64,000 nt of DNA. It comes from the human T2T-CHM13v2.0 reference genome, Homo sapiens. Shown here in pieces: positions 46,691 through 64,000 of this stretch (positions are counted from its first letter, which is position 1; each line of letters starts with the position of its first letter). Below the pieces are notes generated by a model. The model worked only from the letters and a program-made list of their open reading frames with translations, was not told the DNA's origin and did not search any database. The stretch lies in NCBI RefSeq assembly GCF_009914755.1, contig NC_060935.1; one strand, written 5' to 3'. The translations under genes were made by a program, and so were the position numbers.

Positions 46691-46762
46691 TGATCCAAAG
46701 TGCTGGGATTACAGTTACAGGCATGAGCCGCTGCCCCTGGCCTTCCTGCCTTCTTGGTATAT

Positions 46763-47067
46763 AAGTCATCCCTCAGTATCCACTGGGGATTGGTTCCAGG
46801 ACTCTCCTTGGATACTAAAATCTGTGGATGCTCAAGTCCCTGATATAAAATGGTGTAGTATTTGCATGTACCCTAAGCACATCTCCTGCCTGCTACAATG
46901 TAAATGCTATGTAAATAGTTATTATACCATGTTTTTTAGGTAATAATGACAAGAAAAGTCTGTACGTATTCAATACAGACGCAATGTCCTTCTTTTTTTA
47001 AGTATTTTTATTCTTCATTTGGTTGAATCCACAGATATGGAACCCACAATATGGAGGGCCGACTGTA
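46763..47067. mobile_element. MER2-like (Tigger) DNA transposon fossil
   Basis: gtcatccctcagtatcc...ggagggccgactgta inverted termini. Confidence 0.75.
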
Positions 47068-49377
47068 CATGCGGTGCCTTTCGCTCCTGCTTTTCCTACC
47101 AAAACTAGGGATGGGGATTTGGAAGTCGCAGCGGTTTGCTTCAGGGCCCGGTTGCTCCCTTGTTTAGCTGCATAGCTTTTCCCTGGGTGATATTCGAGGT
47201 CAGGATTGTCAAACTTTTTCTGTCAAAAACCAAAGAGTCAATATTTTAGGCCTTGTGAGGCACAAATGGTCTCTGTCTCCTCTTCTTCTTTTCCTCCCAT
47301 CTTCCTTCCCAACCCCTTCTTCTTCTGCCTTTTCTGCCTTCTCCTTCCTTCTTCTTTTTCTCAACCCCTGTGAAAATGAAAATATCACTCTTGGTTTGCT
47401 GATTGTACAAATAGAGGTCCAGCTGGCCATAGTTTGTTAACCTCTGTTCCAGATTTTTACCACTCAAAGTGTGGTTTGTGAACCAGCAGTATTCGCACCA
47501 CCTGGGAGTCTGGTAAAACAGAATCTCCTCCCCATTTCAGACTACAGAATCATTGGAGTCTGCATTTTAGCACAACTCCCTGGTGAGCCATATGCACGTA
47601 AAACTTTGAGAGGCACTGGTCTTTAAAAAAACACCATCTGTATGCCGGCGACGCCCACCTTTATTTCTCCATCCTTGACCTCTCCAAGAACTCCGGGCTC
47701 ATATTGAAATAAAGCCCTCCTTGACATCTCCATTTGGAGGTCTCATAGGTGCAATTCAAGAATCCGATGCGCTAATGTACTTAAAAGCACTGAGCACAAT
47801 ACTAAGTAGTAGCTGCTGTTATTAGTCTCATGTGCCAGGCCCTATGCCGCGTACCGTAGCTTCAGAGATGAGTAAGATACCATCCTTGCCCTCACAGTCT
47901 TGTTTGGGGTCAGGGGTGGGGACATAGTGGTGAAAAGAGGAGAGTTTGGTCACTGCCTGGATATAAGGGGTGAGGTCCTCGAAGGTTGGAGCCATGTCGC
48001 CCATATTAGGTGCTTTCAATAAGTGAAGAATGAACCCACAAACTGACCTATGTGTAGATTTGTTTTCCTGTGGGCTGGGCATTCCACAGCCACAAGGTGG
48101 CAGCATTGCCAAAATAGTCCTGTGGCCCACTCCAGCTGTCCCCTCTGTGGGAAGGCCAGCTAAGTCAGAGCCTGGGACCTCCCTCTCCAGTCCCAGCCTT
48201 GGAGTCAACTCAATGCTGCCCACCCCGAGGGCCCTGAATGTGCAGTTCCTGCAGCCTCAGCCCTCTGTCCCCCTGCATGGTTGTGCCTTTGAGTTTTTCT
48301 GCTGTCTCTGGCTGCTTCTTTAGACCTCCTTCCTAGAATACTGTTTGCCTAGGGGAGCCCCCACCCCTCATTTCTGAGCTGGCCACAGTAGAAATCATGG
48401 GCTCAGCTGATTTTTTTCTGGTATTCCTCTGGTCACTGGCAACTTTCTTTTCCTCTTCAAGTCTGGAGGTTTTGCAGTCTCCTCATTCGTTTATCCCCTC
48501 CACGTTCTCAGCTGACTGCAAGAGGCTGCTCCTGTGAGCCACTCATCCTTCCAGCTGCAATGTCCATCCCAACGACATAATGGAGAGAGCATGGGCTTTA
48601 GGAGTTAGTCATGCTGGGGCACTCATGCTTTCTCATGGCATGCACTGGGGCAGCAACATGCTGTTTCTGAGTTTTAGCACAGTGCCAGTGCTGAGAACAA
48701 GCCTCACGTCAGGCAGATCTGGGTGCGAATCCTGGCTTTGCCATTTGCTAACCATGAGGACCTGGGACATTTCTTTATTCATTTAACAAATGTGAAGTGT
48801 CTGCTATGTGCCAGCTACTCTAGTAGAAGCAAGGTCTGTGTTGGTGAAGATAACCGATGTCTCCCTGTCTTTGCAGTTCTAGTGGGGAAGGCAGACAGCA
48901 AACAAGGAAGCAGATGTCTGAGTGGCCATGAGCAGGAGAGAGCCTACTCAGACCAGGGCTCTAGGAGGGCTCTCTGCAGTGGAGCTGACACCCAGGCTGA
49001 GGCCTGAAAGATGGGAAGAAGCCAGCTGTGCAAAGAGGGGAGAACACTCTGGGCTGAGGAATAGCACGTGTTCTGGGGATGGAAAGAAGAACAGAAATGA
49101 GGCTGTTATGTCAGGAGTGATGGGGTGGGATGGTGGCAGGGGTGTGTACTACAGATGAAGTTGGGGAAGTAGCTTCAGTTATTTTCTGTTAAATTAGGTT
49201 AGAAACTGAACTTACCTCAGTGGGTAGGTTATGAAACACATAAGGAAGTTTTCACAACTTTAGCCACTGCCCGCAGTGAGAGATATGTTTCACATTATGG
49301 TCTATTACACATGGACTAATAGACATGAATAGAAATGAAACTTTATTTATTGAGTTAGTTAGTTAGTTTGTTTTTGA

Positions 49378-49671
<294 letters not shown>

Positions 49672-49710
49672 TAAACAATGCTTACCCATCCGCTATGGCA
49701 TACTCTGTAG

Positions 49711-50102
<392 letters not shown>

Positions 50103-51545
50103 TAAATTGACTTCATGGCCACTGTCCTGGATTAGGACCCATTAAGAGAAGGTGTATAGAGCACGTGGCACAGTAGATGTCATATGGTCTGTATCCAATA
50201 AGTGTAATTATGGTGTTGCCTCTTATTTTTTTCCACCTTTCAATTTATGTGAGCTTTAAATGGAATAATATATATAACATGGAAAAGTGACTGGCTCTGC
50301 CCATGGGTAGGTTTCCTTTCTTCTTCCTGTTGCTGTGTGGCACATGTGAGGAGCTAATGGCCCGAAGGCTGGCACCTGAGAGCTTCCTCTGACCCTCCAG
50401 GCTGGGCAGGGCCTGCATCTCCTTTCTGCCATAGCTGTCACCCTGCGGCCTGTCAATGGAGCCCTTTATTGCGGTCTGTTCTCCTTTACCTGGGGAAGAA
50501 GGGGGAGATAGCAGGGAGAGAGGTGTGGCTCAGAAATCCAGGCTGCCTCTTCAAAGGCCAATTGTTTCCCCGTGTAAACCAGGAGGTGAAATCTCAAGTT
50601 CAGAAGAGGAGACAGGCATTTGTGAGTGAGGCCAGGGCGGGGAGCAGAGGGGTGGGATCCTGGGAATCGTTTCTCTGGTTGCAGGGAACTCCCGGTACTG
50701 TAGCCACAGGCCAGGGTTTTCCGCCCTGTGCTATTTGCAGAGGCAAAACCCGGACCTCCTGAGGGAGGGGTGAGGACTTGTTTGGAAGGAGCATTTTAAA
50801 AGACAAGTCATTCTCAGAAGAGTTTGCTTGGTAGCATTGTTAATGATAGAACAAACTAGAAACAATCAAATAACAGTAGAGTAGGTAGATAAACCGAGGT
50901 ATAGTCCTACAGTGCCTAGCTACAGCAGTGAAAATGAACTACAGCTGCCTGTATCAATGAAGGATAAATCTCACCATGTAGGGCAAGAAAAGCATGACAC
51001 AGAATACACATGGTGCGATTAAAATGGTACAAAGTTGAAAAACAAGCAGAACTGAACAATATACTGCCTAGGGATGCATACATGTGTAATAAGACTATGA
51101 GGACAAAAAGGAAATGATTAACCCCCAAATCAGGGAGGTGATTATCCTTGGTCGGGGTGTGGCAGGACAGAGAGAATGTTAAAATTTCTGGTTATATTCT
51201 GTTTCTTGGATTGTGTGTTCTGAGCATATGTATTCTTTTTATTTTACTTAGGTTTTTAAGTGGTACATATTTTATATACATACACACCTGTGTTTTATAT
51301 GTATAATGTATTTCCCAGTTGAAAGGTAAGACAAATTGGCAGGTCCTTAGATGGACTAGAAAGATCGTCCCATGAATTTCAAGGGCTGCATCCTCATTCT
51401 GAAGTGTGGTTTTCAGTCACAGTTCTCAAAGTGAAGGTATTTGGTTTCAGCCTCCTACTTCTGGGTTTTAGGCATTTGTGGACTTTCATTTCTGCAGGCT
51501 TCCCCTTCTTTGGGGTGTGGGGATGGCTGGGCCAGCCGCTTTTCT

Positions 51546-52697
51546 CCCCAATGATTGTTGTTCTCTTCTTTGTGTCCGTATGTCCTCAACGTTTAGCTCC
51601 CACGTATAAGTAAGAACACACATATTTGGTTTTCTGTTCCTGCCTTAGTTGGCTTAGGATAATGGCCTCCAGCTCCATCCATGTTGCAGCAAACGACATG
51701 ATCTCACTCTTTCTTATGGCTGTATAGTATTCCATGGTGTATATGTACCACATTTCTTTATTCAGTCTAGATGTTGGTGTGGATGCAGTGAAAAGGGAAC
51801 ACTTCTACACTGTTGGTGAGAATGGAAAGTAGTACAACCATTACGGGAAACAGTGTGGAAATTCCTTAAAGAACTAAAAGTAGATCTACCATTTGATCCG
51901 GCAATCCCACTACTAGGTATCTACCCAGAGGAAAATAAGTCATTATATGAAAAAGATATTTGCACATACATGTTTATAGCAGCACAACTTGCGATTGCAA
52001 AAATATGGAACCCACCCAAATGTCCATCAATCAACAAGTGGATAAAGAAAATGTGGTATATATCATACCATGGAATACTACTCAGCCATAAAAAGGAATG
52101 AAATAATGGCATTTGCAGCAACCTGGATGGAATTGGAGACTATTATTCTAAGTGAAATAACTCAGTAATGGAAAACCAAACATTGTATGTTCTCACTCAT
52201 ATGTGGGAGCTAAGCTATCAGGATGAAAAGGCATAAGAATGATACATGGGACTTAGAGGAAAGGGTGGGGAGTGGTGAGGGATAAAAGGTTATACATTAG
52301 GTACAATGTACACTGCTCAGGTGATGTGTGCATCAAAATCTCAGAAATCACCACTAAAGAACTTATTCACGTAAGTTCCTACCTGTTCCCCAAAAACCTA
52401 TTGAAATAAAAAAATAAAAAAATTTAAAAAAATTGCTCTACCGTAAAGACACATGCACACATATGTTCATTGTAGAGCTATTCATGATAGCAAAGACATG
52501 GAATCAACCTAAATGCCCACTTGAGGGTGGAGGGTTGGAGGAGTAAGAGGATCAAAAAACTCCCTATCAGGTATTATGCTTATTACCTGGGTGATGAAAT
52601 AGTCTCTATGCCAAACCCCTGCGAGACAATTTACCTGTAAACAAAGCTGTACATGTACCCTTTAACCTAAAATAAGAATTAAAAAAAATAAAAAGAA
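51546..52697. mobile_element. L1 3'-end mosaic (inverted L1PA-type piece, L1PB-like 51769-52431, L1PA-type tail)
   Basis: ORF2 C-terminal remnant [24 protein letters not shown]; A-tails. Confidence 0.85.
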
Positions 52698-53662
52698 TAT
52701 TTCTGGGCTGGGTGCAGTAGCTCATGCCTGTAATTCCAGCACTTTGGGAGGCCGAGGCAGGTGGATCATTTGAGGTCAGGAGTTCGAGACCAGCCTGGCC
52801 AACATGGTGAAACCCTTTCTCTACTAAAAATACAAAAATTAGATGGGTGTGGTGGTATGTGCCTGTAGTTCCAGCTACTCAGGAGGCTGAAGTTGGAGGA
52901 TTGCTTGAGCTCAGGAGGTCAAGGCTGCAGTGAACTGTGATTATGCCGCTGCACTCCAACCTGGGTGGCAGAGCAAAACCCTGTCTCTTAAAAAAAAATA
53001 AAAAGAGAAAAGAAAACCAGTAAAACCATTAAGGAGTATTTACATGATTGAGGCCATATTAATATGCATGCTCAACCAGAGTGCTAAGTTTCTAGTTTTT
53101 CCTCCACCTGCCCAGTGTATCATCTCCATGCCACTCAAAGGAGATTGCTTTATTTTCTCTTTGAGACAGTCTCAGTCTGTTGTCCAGACTGGAATACAGT
53201 GGTACCTCTCAGCTCATTGCAACCTCCACCTCCCGGGTTGAAGCGATTCTCCTGCCTCAGCCTCCCGAGTAGCTGGGATTACGGGTGCCTGCCACCACAC
53301 CAGGCCAATTTTTGTATTTTTAGTAGAGACAGGGTTTCATCATGTTGGCCAGGCTATCTCAAACTCCTGACCTCAAGTGATCTGCCCACCTCACCCTTTC
53401 AAAGTGCTGGGATTACAGATGTGAGTCACCACGCCTGGCTGGAGAGTGCTTTTGATGTCCAGGTCGAGTGGATTCTCTTTTCTTGCATTCCAACAGTCCT
53501 TCAAATCATGCTGCTTTTTAGTTTGTTTCATATTTGAACCACTGTTTTATTAGCTTTTACTTTTTCATGGAGTTTTTAGTTGCCTCTTTTTTCATTGTGG
53601 TTAAAGGAATAATGTACCTTTACTCTGCTCTTGAAATTATCCAGTGTGATAATCCATTACAT

Positions 53663-53871
53663 CAAGCTTGTCCAACCCGCAGCCCAGGACAGCTTTGAAT
53701 GCGGCCCGACACAAATGTATAAACTTTCTTAAAACATGAGATTTTTTCCGTGATTTCTTTTTTTTTTTTTCAGCTCATCAGTTATTGTTAGTGTTAGTAT
53801 ATTTCATGTAAGGCCCAAGACAGTTCTTCTTCCAGTGTGACCCAGGGAAGCCAAAAGATTGGACACCCTTG
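53663..53871. mobile_element. MER30-like hAT element
   Basis: caagcttgtccaacccg...gaagccaaaagattggacaccc. Confidence 0.75.
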
Positions 53872-54249
53872 TATTACATCATATTTCCTTCCTTGCTGGT
53901 AACATTGTTTCCAGAAAGCTCTTTCCTGCTTCTCCAATCTGGACAGGTGATTCTTTAAGCAAGTTGTTCAGGTCTCAATCTGAGACTTCCTTTTGCAACT
54001 TCTGTGAGTTAGATGTTTTCTGTATTCTACGTCTGTTTCTTTCTTGTTTTACTCTCTTGATTAGCTGAAGTACATTTTTTTTTTTTCATGTTTTTCTTGA
54101 GATGGAGTCTCGCTCTGTCGCTCAGGCTGTAGTGCGGTGGCGTCGTGATCTCAGCTGACTGCAACCTCCGCCTCCCGGGTTCAAGCCATTCTCCTGCCTC
54201 AGCTCCCAAGTAGCTGGGATTACAGACACCCGCCACCGCGCCCAGCTAA

Positions 54250-54622
<373 letters not shown>

Positions 54623-57600
54623 TGATCCACCCTCCTCGGCCTCCCAAAGTGCTGGGATTACAGGCGTGAGCCACTGCACCCGGCCTCCCGGCCTCTTTCT
54701 TATAGTCTGGTAGATTGTCTGCATTTTGTCTTCTAGACCTTCTAGTGAAGGTGTTAATTTGACAGTCATATTTTAAATTCTCCTCTCTCTGGTTCTCTGA
54801 TTATTTCATTCTCATAGCATTTTGCTCTTTTTTTTTTTTATTGAGGCCAAATTGTGTTGAATCTCTCTGGCACACTAATTAGAATTATTTTTAAAATTAT
54901 CTCCTGACCCTCAAATTATTTTATTTCCTCTGGGATCTGGTTGTTTATCTTGGTCATCCTTATTCAGGCTGCTGGTTTCTTTCAATGGCTGCTGATTCAC
55001 ATGAGTTCACTCATATTTCACAGTGCAGCACAGTGTGGCATGTCCAGTGACATTCATTGAGACTTGGTACCCGTGCCCCTTTCAGAGTGAATTAAAGACA
55101 TGCCTTCAGGCAGGAAGTTGAGAGAGGCCATATTTTGGAGTGTTCATCCTACAGCTTTTATTGTGGTCTGGTCTGCTCAACCCCAGCATAGTTTCTTTCT
55201 GTGTGTGGAGAAGTGGGGGGGCTCGCGGCTCTAAGGCCAAGCCTGTCACTTCATAGCTCCCTGACACATTGCACATTAGCTCTTGCTCTTCCTGTTCACG
55301 CGGAGCTTTGCAGAGTGCCATTAGCCCCACAGCCATCCTGAAGTCGCGTTTCCCACTCTCTATCCATTGTAACTGAGGGCCTCTCCTGCCACCCCAGGGC
55401 TGCATTTGGAGTTACCAAATTTGCTTGTGGGCCAGGAGACCCTGGAGTTTTGCCATCCGGTCCTGTTGCCTCCCTACCCCCTCTGCTTTCTGGACTTCAG
55501 AGGACTAGCGAGAGGGAGGGAAGGAGCTGAGGGTTTGTACAAGAAGCCTGTCAGATCCAGAGTCTTGCTAAAGTCAGCGTCTGCCTCTCCTCTGTCTCTA
55601 ATAGCAGCTCTGTGCTTTCCTAGAGACAGGTAATTAGTGGTTAGAGGCTTGCTGTGGAGTGGTTGAAGTTTCCAGTAGGATCCTGACCACACCCTTCAGC
55701 CGTGTTTATCCTTGATGTGGAGGTCTCTTCGGGCTTCACTTGAGCACTTTCAGTATTTCTGTAATGTAGGACAGAGAACACCCTGCCTTGCTTGGCCTGG
55801 GACCAGAGGATGACTTAAGATCCACGGCAGCCAGCCTTCCCTCCACCCTCTGGCCTGGTCTCCCCGTTACCATGCAGCCAGGGCTGAGGAGAGTGTCGCC
55901 TAGCCAGGGGACATCCCACAGAGGAGGAAAGAGAAGGCAGATCCAGGAGAGCCTCCCACCAACCTCTCGTTCTTTCAGGCTTTCTCTGGCATGCCTCGCG
56001 AAGTCCGGTTATCTGACCCATCCCTGGCTGGCTCTGCCTGGCTCTTGTGGAGAGGACATGGCGGGTGGGCTTCGACTCAGATCATGCATTGCTGTTGCTT
56101 CTTCTCAGTGCTCCTGGGCCTGCACATCTGGGTTAAATAAGTTAAGCTGGCTCCTCTGAGCAAAGGGGAAGCAAAAGCCACAGACTGAGCCATAGAGATG
56201 AGCTCATCCTGTAGAAGCCATCAGCAACGGCTGGAAAGCAGTCTTGTTTGAACATGTGTATGGGAAGGAGAGCAGACTGTCTGTGGTTTGTGTTTTCATG
56301 TTTCATGTGCAGCAGCATTTTCCTGGGGATTTGGCTAAGCTAGCTTTGGCAGGGAGCAGAGAGGCAGCTGCTCTTAACTTTCCTCTAGATAGCCCTGCCT
56401 CCCACCTCTGAGAGCAGTTGGGCTTTTGTGTCTAGACGGGGGACAAAGGGTGGCTTTATATATTAGGGAAGGGCTTGCAGCAGATCCTCAGGGTCTTGAT
56501 GGACAAGTCAGAGCTGTGTTAGTCCGGGGCACATCAGCCTGCTCATCTGAGTTGCAGAGAGAAGGAACATATGCCTAGAGGGGCGCTTTTCAGCTGGAGG
56601 CATCACTATCATCATTCTCGCCGCTAGAACATCCTGTAGATGAAGAGCTGCTGCCCTGAACTCCACCAGGCCCCTCTTCTGGGACTTCCCCCTTCATGCC
56701 TCCCACCCCATAATCTAACACTGCTATACTTGGTAGGGGAGGTGGTAGGGGACAGGATGGTACCACAAATGTAGGCCAAAACAGCTATTGTTTCTAGTTG
56801 TGAGCCAGTCTGGAAGCAAGGTCCTCTTCCGTCCCTTTGTGCTCCCCCCAGAACCTGCTGTCCCGCAGCATTTGGCCACAGTATCCCCTGGTAAGGCTGT
56901 CCTCACACGGCTCTCCAGAGCTCAGGGGAGTGGACTCTCCTTCCCTGAGCTCCCCAGGAAGCATCTTGGAGGGCACAAGCAGAGCATGAGCAGTGTCATC
57001 TCTGCATGTCTGACCACACCCCCTGTCTGGACCTCACTTGCTCTGGCACCTCATTTTGCCCTCTGGTTTCGCTGACAGCTGTTTACGTGTCTCTAGGAAG
57101 AATTGGAACTAGTCATGTTTCTCCTATCTGATAGGGCTGCTTTTGGAAAACATGGCCCCAGCACAGGTATCTTAGGAACGGCCCGAAAGAGGTTGGGCCT
57201 TTGGGATACGGGAGTATTGCATAGAGGAACCAGACTGCCTGGGTTCAGATCTCAGCTCTGCCACTATTAATAGCTGTGTGTCCTTGGGCAAATTACTCAA
57301 CATCTCTGGGGCTCAGTTTTAAGGGGTAGCTTCCTTTTAACGTATTTGTTACACAAGTGATATGTAAATATATATAACTCCATCATCCAGGATTGATCTC
57401 TCTTAACATCTCAGAGTATGTCCTTTCAGATTTTTTTTTTTTTTTGAGATGGAATCTTGCTCTGTCACCCAGGCTGGAGTGTAGTGAGGCGGTCTTGACT
57501 CTCCATCTTTACCATCCTGGCCAGGCTGGTCTCAAACTCCTGACCTCAAGTGATCCACCTGCCTCAGCCTCTCAAAGTGCTGGGATTACAGGCATGAGCT

Positions 57601-59099
57601 ACGGTGCCTGGCCGTAATATATTCTGTTCTACAGACTGTACTGTGAGGTCTAATCAGTGTCGGGTGTTATCTTAGGCACTGCACACACAGTGTACGAAAC
57701 AGAGTCCCTGCTCTCGTGGACTTGATGTTCCACTGGAGATGATCTTAAAGAACAAGCAAGTATGTCACGTGGCAACAAACAGCAAAGATTGAAAGTAAAG
57801 CATCATAAGGGAGACAGGAGGACAGGGACATGGGCTTCTAGTGCAAAGGGGACAGTTTGAATGCCCACCTACTTCCTTTATAGCCTGCTCTGACAATGAT
57901 ATTAAAGGAATATTCTTAAAAAAAAATTAACCCATCAAGACTACAAGGGCGGGGTGCAGTGGCTCATGCCCCTAATCCCAACACATTGGGAGGCCAAGGT
58001 GGGTGGATTGCTTGAGCCCAAGAGTTTGAGACCATCCTGGGCAACGTGGCAAAACCCCATATCTACAAAAAATACAAAAATTAGCCAGGTGTAGTGGTGT
58101 GTGCCTATAGTTCCAGCTACCTGGGAGGTTGAGACGGGAAGATCACTTCAGTCCAGGACATAGAGGCTGCACTCCAGCCTGGGAGACAGAGCCAGACCCT
58201 GTCTCCAGAAAAAAAAGGAGAGGAGACAACAAAATTTCCAAACCTAGGATACGTAGGGAGGAGCAGTAACTGGATCTGAGAGATGACACCTTGGCCAGCA
58301 GTCCCTCAAGTCTGCTTTCCCATTTCATATGGAACTTGCTCCTTCCTTGCCCCAGCAGGAGAGTAGAGCAGAAATGTCTGGAGAGGGTGACATACCAGGT
58401 AGCCAGGGAAGGTGGCTCACTCCTGTACTCCCAGCACTTTGGGAGGCTGAGGTGGGCAGATCCCTTGAGTCAAGAGTTGGAGATTAGCCTGGGCAACATG
58501 GGGAAACCCTGTCTCTACAAAAAATACAAAAATTAGCCAGGCATGGTGGTGCATGCCTGTCATCCCAGCTACTCAGTAGGCTCAGGCAAGGGGATCACTT
58601 GAGTCTGTTTGGCAGAGGTTGCAGTGAGCCAAGATGGCGCCACCGCACTCCATCCTGGGTGATAGTGGGACCTTGTCTCAAAAAAAAAAAAAAAAAAAAT
58701 CACACGAAGGGTGACACACCAGGTCTGGAAGAGATTCAAGGTACAGCTGAGAGTGGGGTCAGGGCACTGAGGTGTGGAGAGATGAGTGGATGTTTACACC
58801 TTGAGCATTTGCAGTGTTGCCGTGATCCCCCGGCCCCCATCCAGCTGCTGCCCTTTCTCATCCCCAGAATACTGTCAGCCAGGCTTATAGCTCCATATGT
58901 GCAATTGGAAGTCATTTGTGGAGAATCTGCCCAGCCCGAGAGAAAACCTAAACTATTGAGGTTCCCTAATACAAAAGAACAGCCTGACCACCTTAACACG
59001 AAGCTCCAGGTGACCACAGCGACACCCACAGAGCTGCCCTTCAGGAGGGAGTGGACAGGCAAGGGTGAGCAGACTCTAAATAAAGCCTCAGCTGAAAAA

Positions 59100-59940
<841 letters not shown>

Positions 59941-60017
59941 TGAACCTCCGAAAGGGCTGGGATTACAGGTGTTAGCCACTATGCCCAGCCAGCATTCAGA
60001 TTTTCTTTCTATCCTAA

Positions 60018-60143
<126 letters not shown>

Positions 60144-61252
60144 TGAGTAGCTGGGACTACAGGCGCGTGCCATCACGCCCAGCTAATTTTTTTTATTTTT
60201 AGTAGAGACGGGGTTTCACCATGTTGGCCAGTCTATCCTAAAATTCTTTAGCAAGAAGCAAAAAAATTTTTTTGAGACAATGTCTCACTTTGTTGCCAGG
60301 TTGGAGTCCAGTGGTACAGTCATAGCTCATGGCAGCCTCAAACTCCCGAGTTCAAGTGATTCTCCCACTTCACCTTCCCGAGTAGTGGCGACCAGAGGCA
60401 GGTACCACCACACGTGGCTAATTTATTATTTTTTGTAGAGATGGGGTCTTGCCATGTAGCGCAGGCTGGTCTCGAACTCCTGGGCTCAATAGATTTCCCC
60501 CCTGTTTCAGCCTCCCAAAGTGTTGGGATTACAGGCATGAGCCACCACACCCAGCCACCAAATTCCTAAGTGTGACAGTAGAATAAATATATTTTCAGAT
60601 GTTTCAAGTCTCAAAATATATCTTGCTTGCACCATGTCTCTGGGCACAACTTGAGTTTGTGATTCACAGTTTACAAATTTGATAATTCTGTACTGTTACC
60701 AATAGTTACAAGAGACCTTTTTAATCCTCTTATCTGGGAAACAATTTTCAAAATACAATTATTGTTTTACCTTGAGCGGTAGAAAGTTCAGCTTTAGAAA
60801 CATTGTGTTTATTTCCATTGTAATATTATATATGCAAGCTGATGCATGTATTTTTCAAAGCAGGTGTACTTTAATGGTTAAAAAAATACACATGATGCAG
60901 AAAGTTCTTTGAACAAGTAAGGCATTCAAACAATTCTAAATGTATTAAAGTTGCATTTCTTTCTTTTCTTTTTTTTTTTTGAGACAGGGTCTTGCTCAGT
61001 CACCCAGGCTGGAGCGCAGTGGCACGATCACAGCTCACTGCAGCCTTGACCTTCCAGGCTCAAGCGATCCTCCCACCACCTCAGCCACCAGAGTAGCTGG
61101 GACTACAGGCATGTGCTATCACACCCAGCTAATTTTTGTATTTTTTGTAGAGATAGGGTTTTGCCATGTTGCCCAGGCTGGTCTCGAACTCCTGGGCTCA
61201 GGTGATCCAAAGTGCTAGGATTATAGGCATGAGCCACCAAACCTGACCCTAA

Positions 61253-61559
<307 letters not shown>

Positions 61560-62423
61560 TAAAGTTGTATTTCTACAGTTATTGTATTCACATAACAGAT
61601 TGCAGTAGCAAAATTTTTTTTTAGTATAATGTTTAAATTTTATTTTTAACTGACAAATAATTGTGCATAATGATTTCTGTTTTATGCTCTGGTGGAAATT
61701 TGAATACCTATCTGCTGATCTACTTGGTAAATTATTTCAGAGAATTGAAAATATTTTCACAGTTTTCCTAATGAAAATTCCAAGAATTGGATTTATAATA
61801 ATAATAATGCCACACTAAAGTTTGAGAATTACTTCTGGGGGTGGCAACCGGAAGTTCTGGGAAGACACATTGTTCATGTGCCTGTTGAGTTTTTTTTTTT
61901 AGACAGGGTCTCACTCTGTCCCCTAGGCTGGAGTGCAGTGGCGAGATCTGCGCTCATCACAACCTCCGTTTCGCAGCTCAAGGGATCTCCCACTTCAGCC
62001 TTCTGAGTAGCTGGGACTACAGGCATGCACCACCATGCCTAGCTAATTTTTCTGCCTTTTTTTTTTTTTTTTTTTTTTTTTTGGTAAAGACGGGATCTCA
62101 CTATGTTGCTCAGGCTAGTCACAAATCCATGGTCTCAAGCAATCTCCCTGCCTTGGCCTCCCAAATTGCTGGGACTATAGGCATGAGCCACTGTGCCTGG
62201 CTTGCCTGATGAGTTTAACACATAAGAGGAGATTTATGTAAACAGGGAAGTGGATTTGGGGATGAATTAGTGACATGTTTATAGAAAATTAAACAAGTGG
62301 CCAGAATTTGGGTGGAGATGCCTTCTCTGGCTGGGCACGGTGGCTCACACCTATATCCCAGAATTTTGGGAGGCCGAAGCGGGTGGATCACCTGAGGTCA
62401 GGAGTTCGAGACCAGCCTGACTA

Positions 62424-62742
<319 letters not shown>

Positions 62743-63328
62743 TCAGTGTTGAATACTGATTTATCAAAAATTGTGGTAAAGTTGTACTGTGAGGTTGAGG
62801 GTTAGGAAGTATCTGTGTATATGTGTGTGTTTGTGCATGTGTGTGCATTTGGTGAAGGGATGGTAAAAAGAGATAAATTCTCATCTTCCTTAATGAGAAG
62901 TCAGTAAGTAATAGTAGAAGTTAAAAGTCAAGTAGGAACAAGATATAAAAGTATAATTTAGAATTCTGGAAGTATATAACCAAAGAGGTGGCCAGAAGTG
63001 TTGAAAGTGGTGCCTTTGAAGGAGCTGGAAATTGGGAGCAGGGAGGAGCAGAAAAGTGTTTTTGAAAACAAGCTTCATTTGACTCTTTGACATATATGCA
63101 AGTACAATTTGAATTAAAAAGACAAACACAGTGTTAAAAAGCATGACAGGGGAACTCTGTAAGGAGTGTTGGAGGTGCTCTTAATATATTGTGAAGATTT
63201 TCCAGGGATAGATTTTTGAGGGTTTATGGTTATCCCAGGCTGTGTTTGGAGAATGCCAGCAGGAAGGCCAGGCGCGGTGGCTCACACCTGTAATCCCAGC
63301 ACTTTGGGAGGCTGAGGTGGGCGGATTA

Positions 63329-63658
<330 letters not shown>

Positions 63659-64000
63659 TCACTCATCCTGAGCAGGCGGTGCCCTCAGTCCACTTGCCAG
63701 ACAGCGTATGGCAGGGAGAGCCTGGCAAGGCCACCGGGCCTCTTCTGCTGACCTGCCGTGGGCAGATGGGGCTGCCAGTGTGGGTCCCGGCCCTGAGCAC
63801 CACACGGGGCTGTGGGTCCTTGGGGGCCACTCCAGGCCCTGGGCCTCAGTTTCCTCATATGTAAAATGCAATCATAATAATACCCGTTCATGTTGGTCCT
63901 AAGGAGTAAATGAGTTCATTTTTGCGTGTCAGGCTTAGAATAGTGTTATAGGGCTGAGGTTCCGAAAGGTATTGACACCTTAAAAAAAATTTTCCTACTA

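Noticed and set aside
51853-52101. 82-aa ORF with L1 ORF2 C-terminal similarity
   Set aside because: Fragment of a 5'-truncated dead L1

Overview
Human genomic DNA, recognisable as chr11q24.2 from the encoded proteins. It contains: (i) SRPRA (SRP receptor alpha) on the minus strand, exons 1-11 plus the start of exon 12, with a GC-AG intron 4; (ii) FOXRED1 (complex I assembly factor) on the plus strand, a complete 11-exon, 1461-nt CDS, head-to-head with SRPRA across a ~400 bp CpG-island promoter; (iii) an RPL35A processed pseudogene and a U13/SNORD13 retrocopy; (iv) complete TIRAP/MAL, carrying the Leu180 (S180L) allele; (v) DCPS exons 1-2 and part of its long intron 2. Most of the rest is Alu, L1, L2, MIR, MER and MLT repeats. 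I found no new multi-gene system. The strongest leads are a perfect 69-nt duplicate of the TIRAP exon-4 splice acceptor that could encode a TIR-less 49-aa PIP2-binding peptide or act as a poison exon, and a ~2 kb G/UG-rich VNTR in FOXRED1 intron 8 that looks much longer than the reference allele as I recall it and contains a decoy copy of the acceptor-proximal sequence. Other leads are an alternative FOXRED1 5' exon, overlapping TIRAP uORFs, tandem kB-like sites in the TIRAP 3' UTR, and a templated copy of one Alu's unique flank found in another Alu 19 kb away. Exon boundaries were derived by hand from GT/AG signals and frame continuity; repeat boundaries and subfamily names are approximate.
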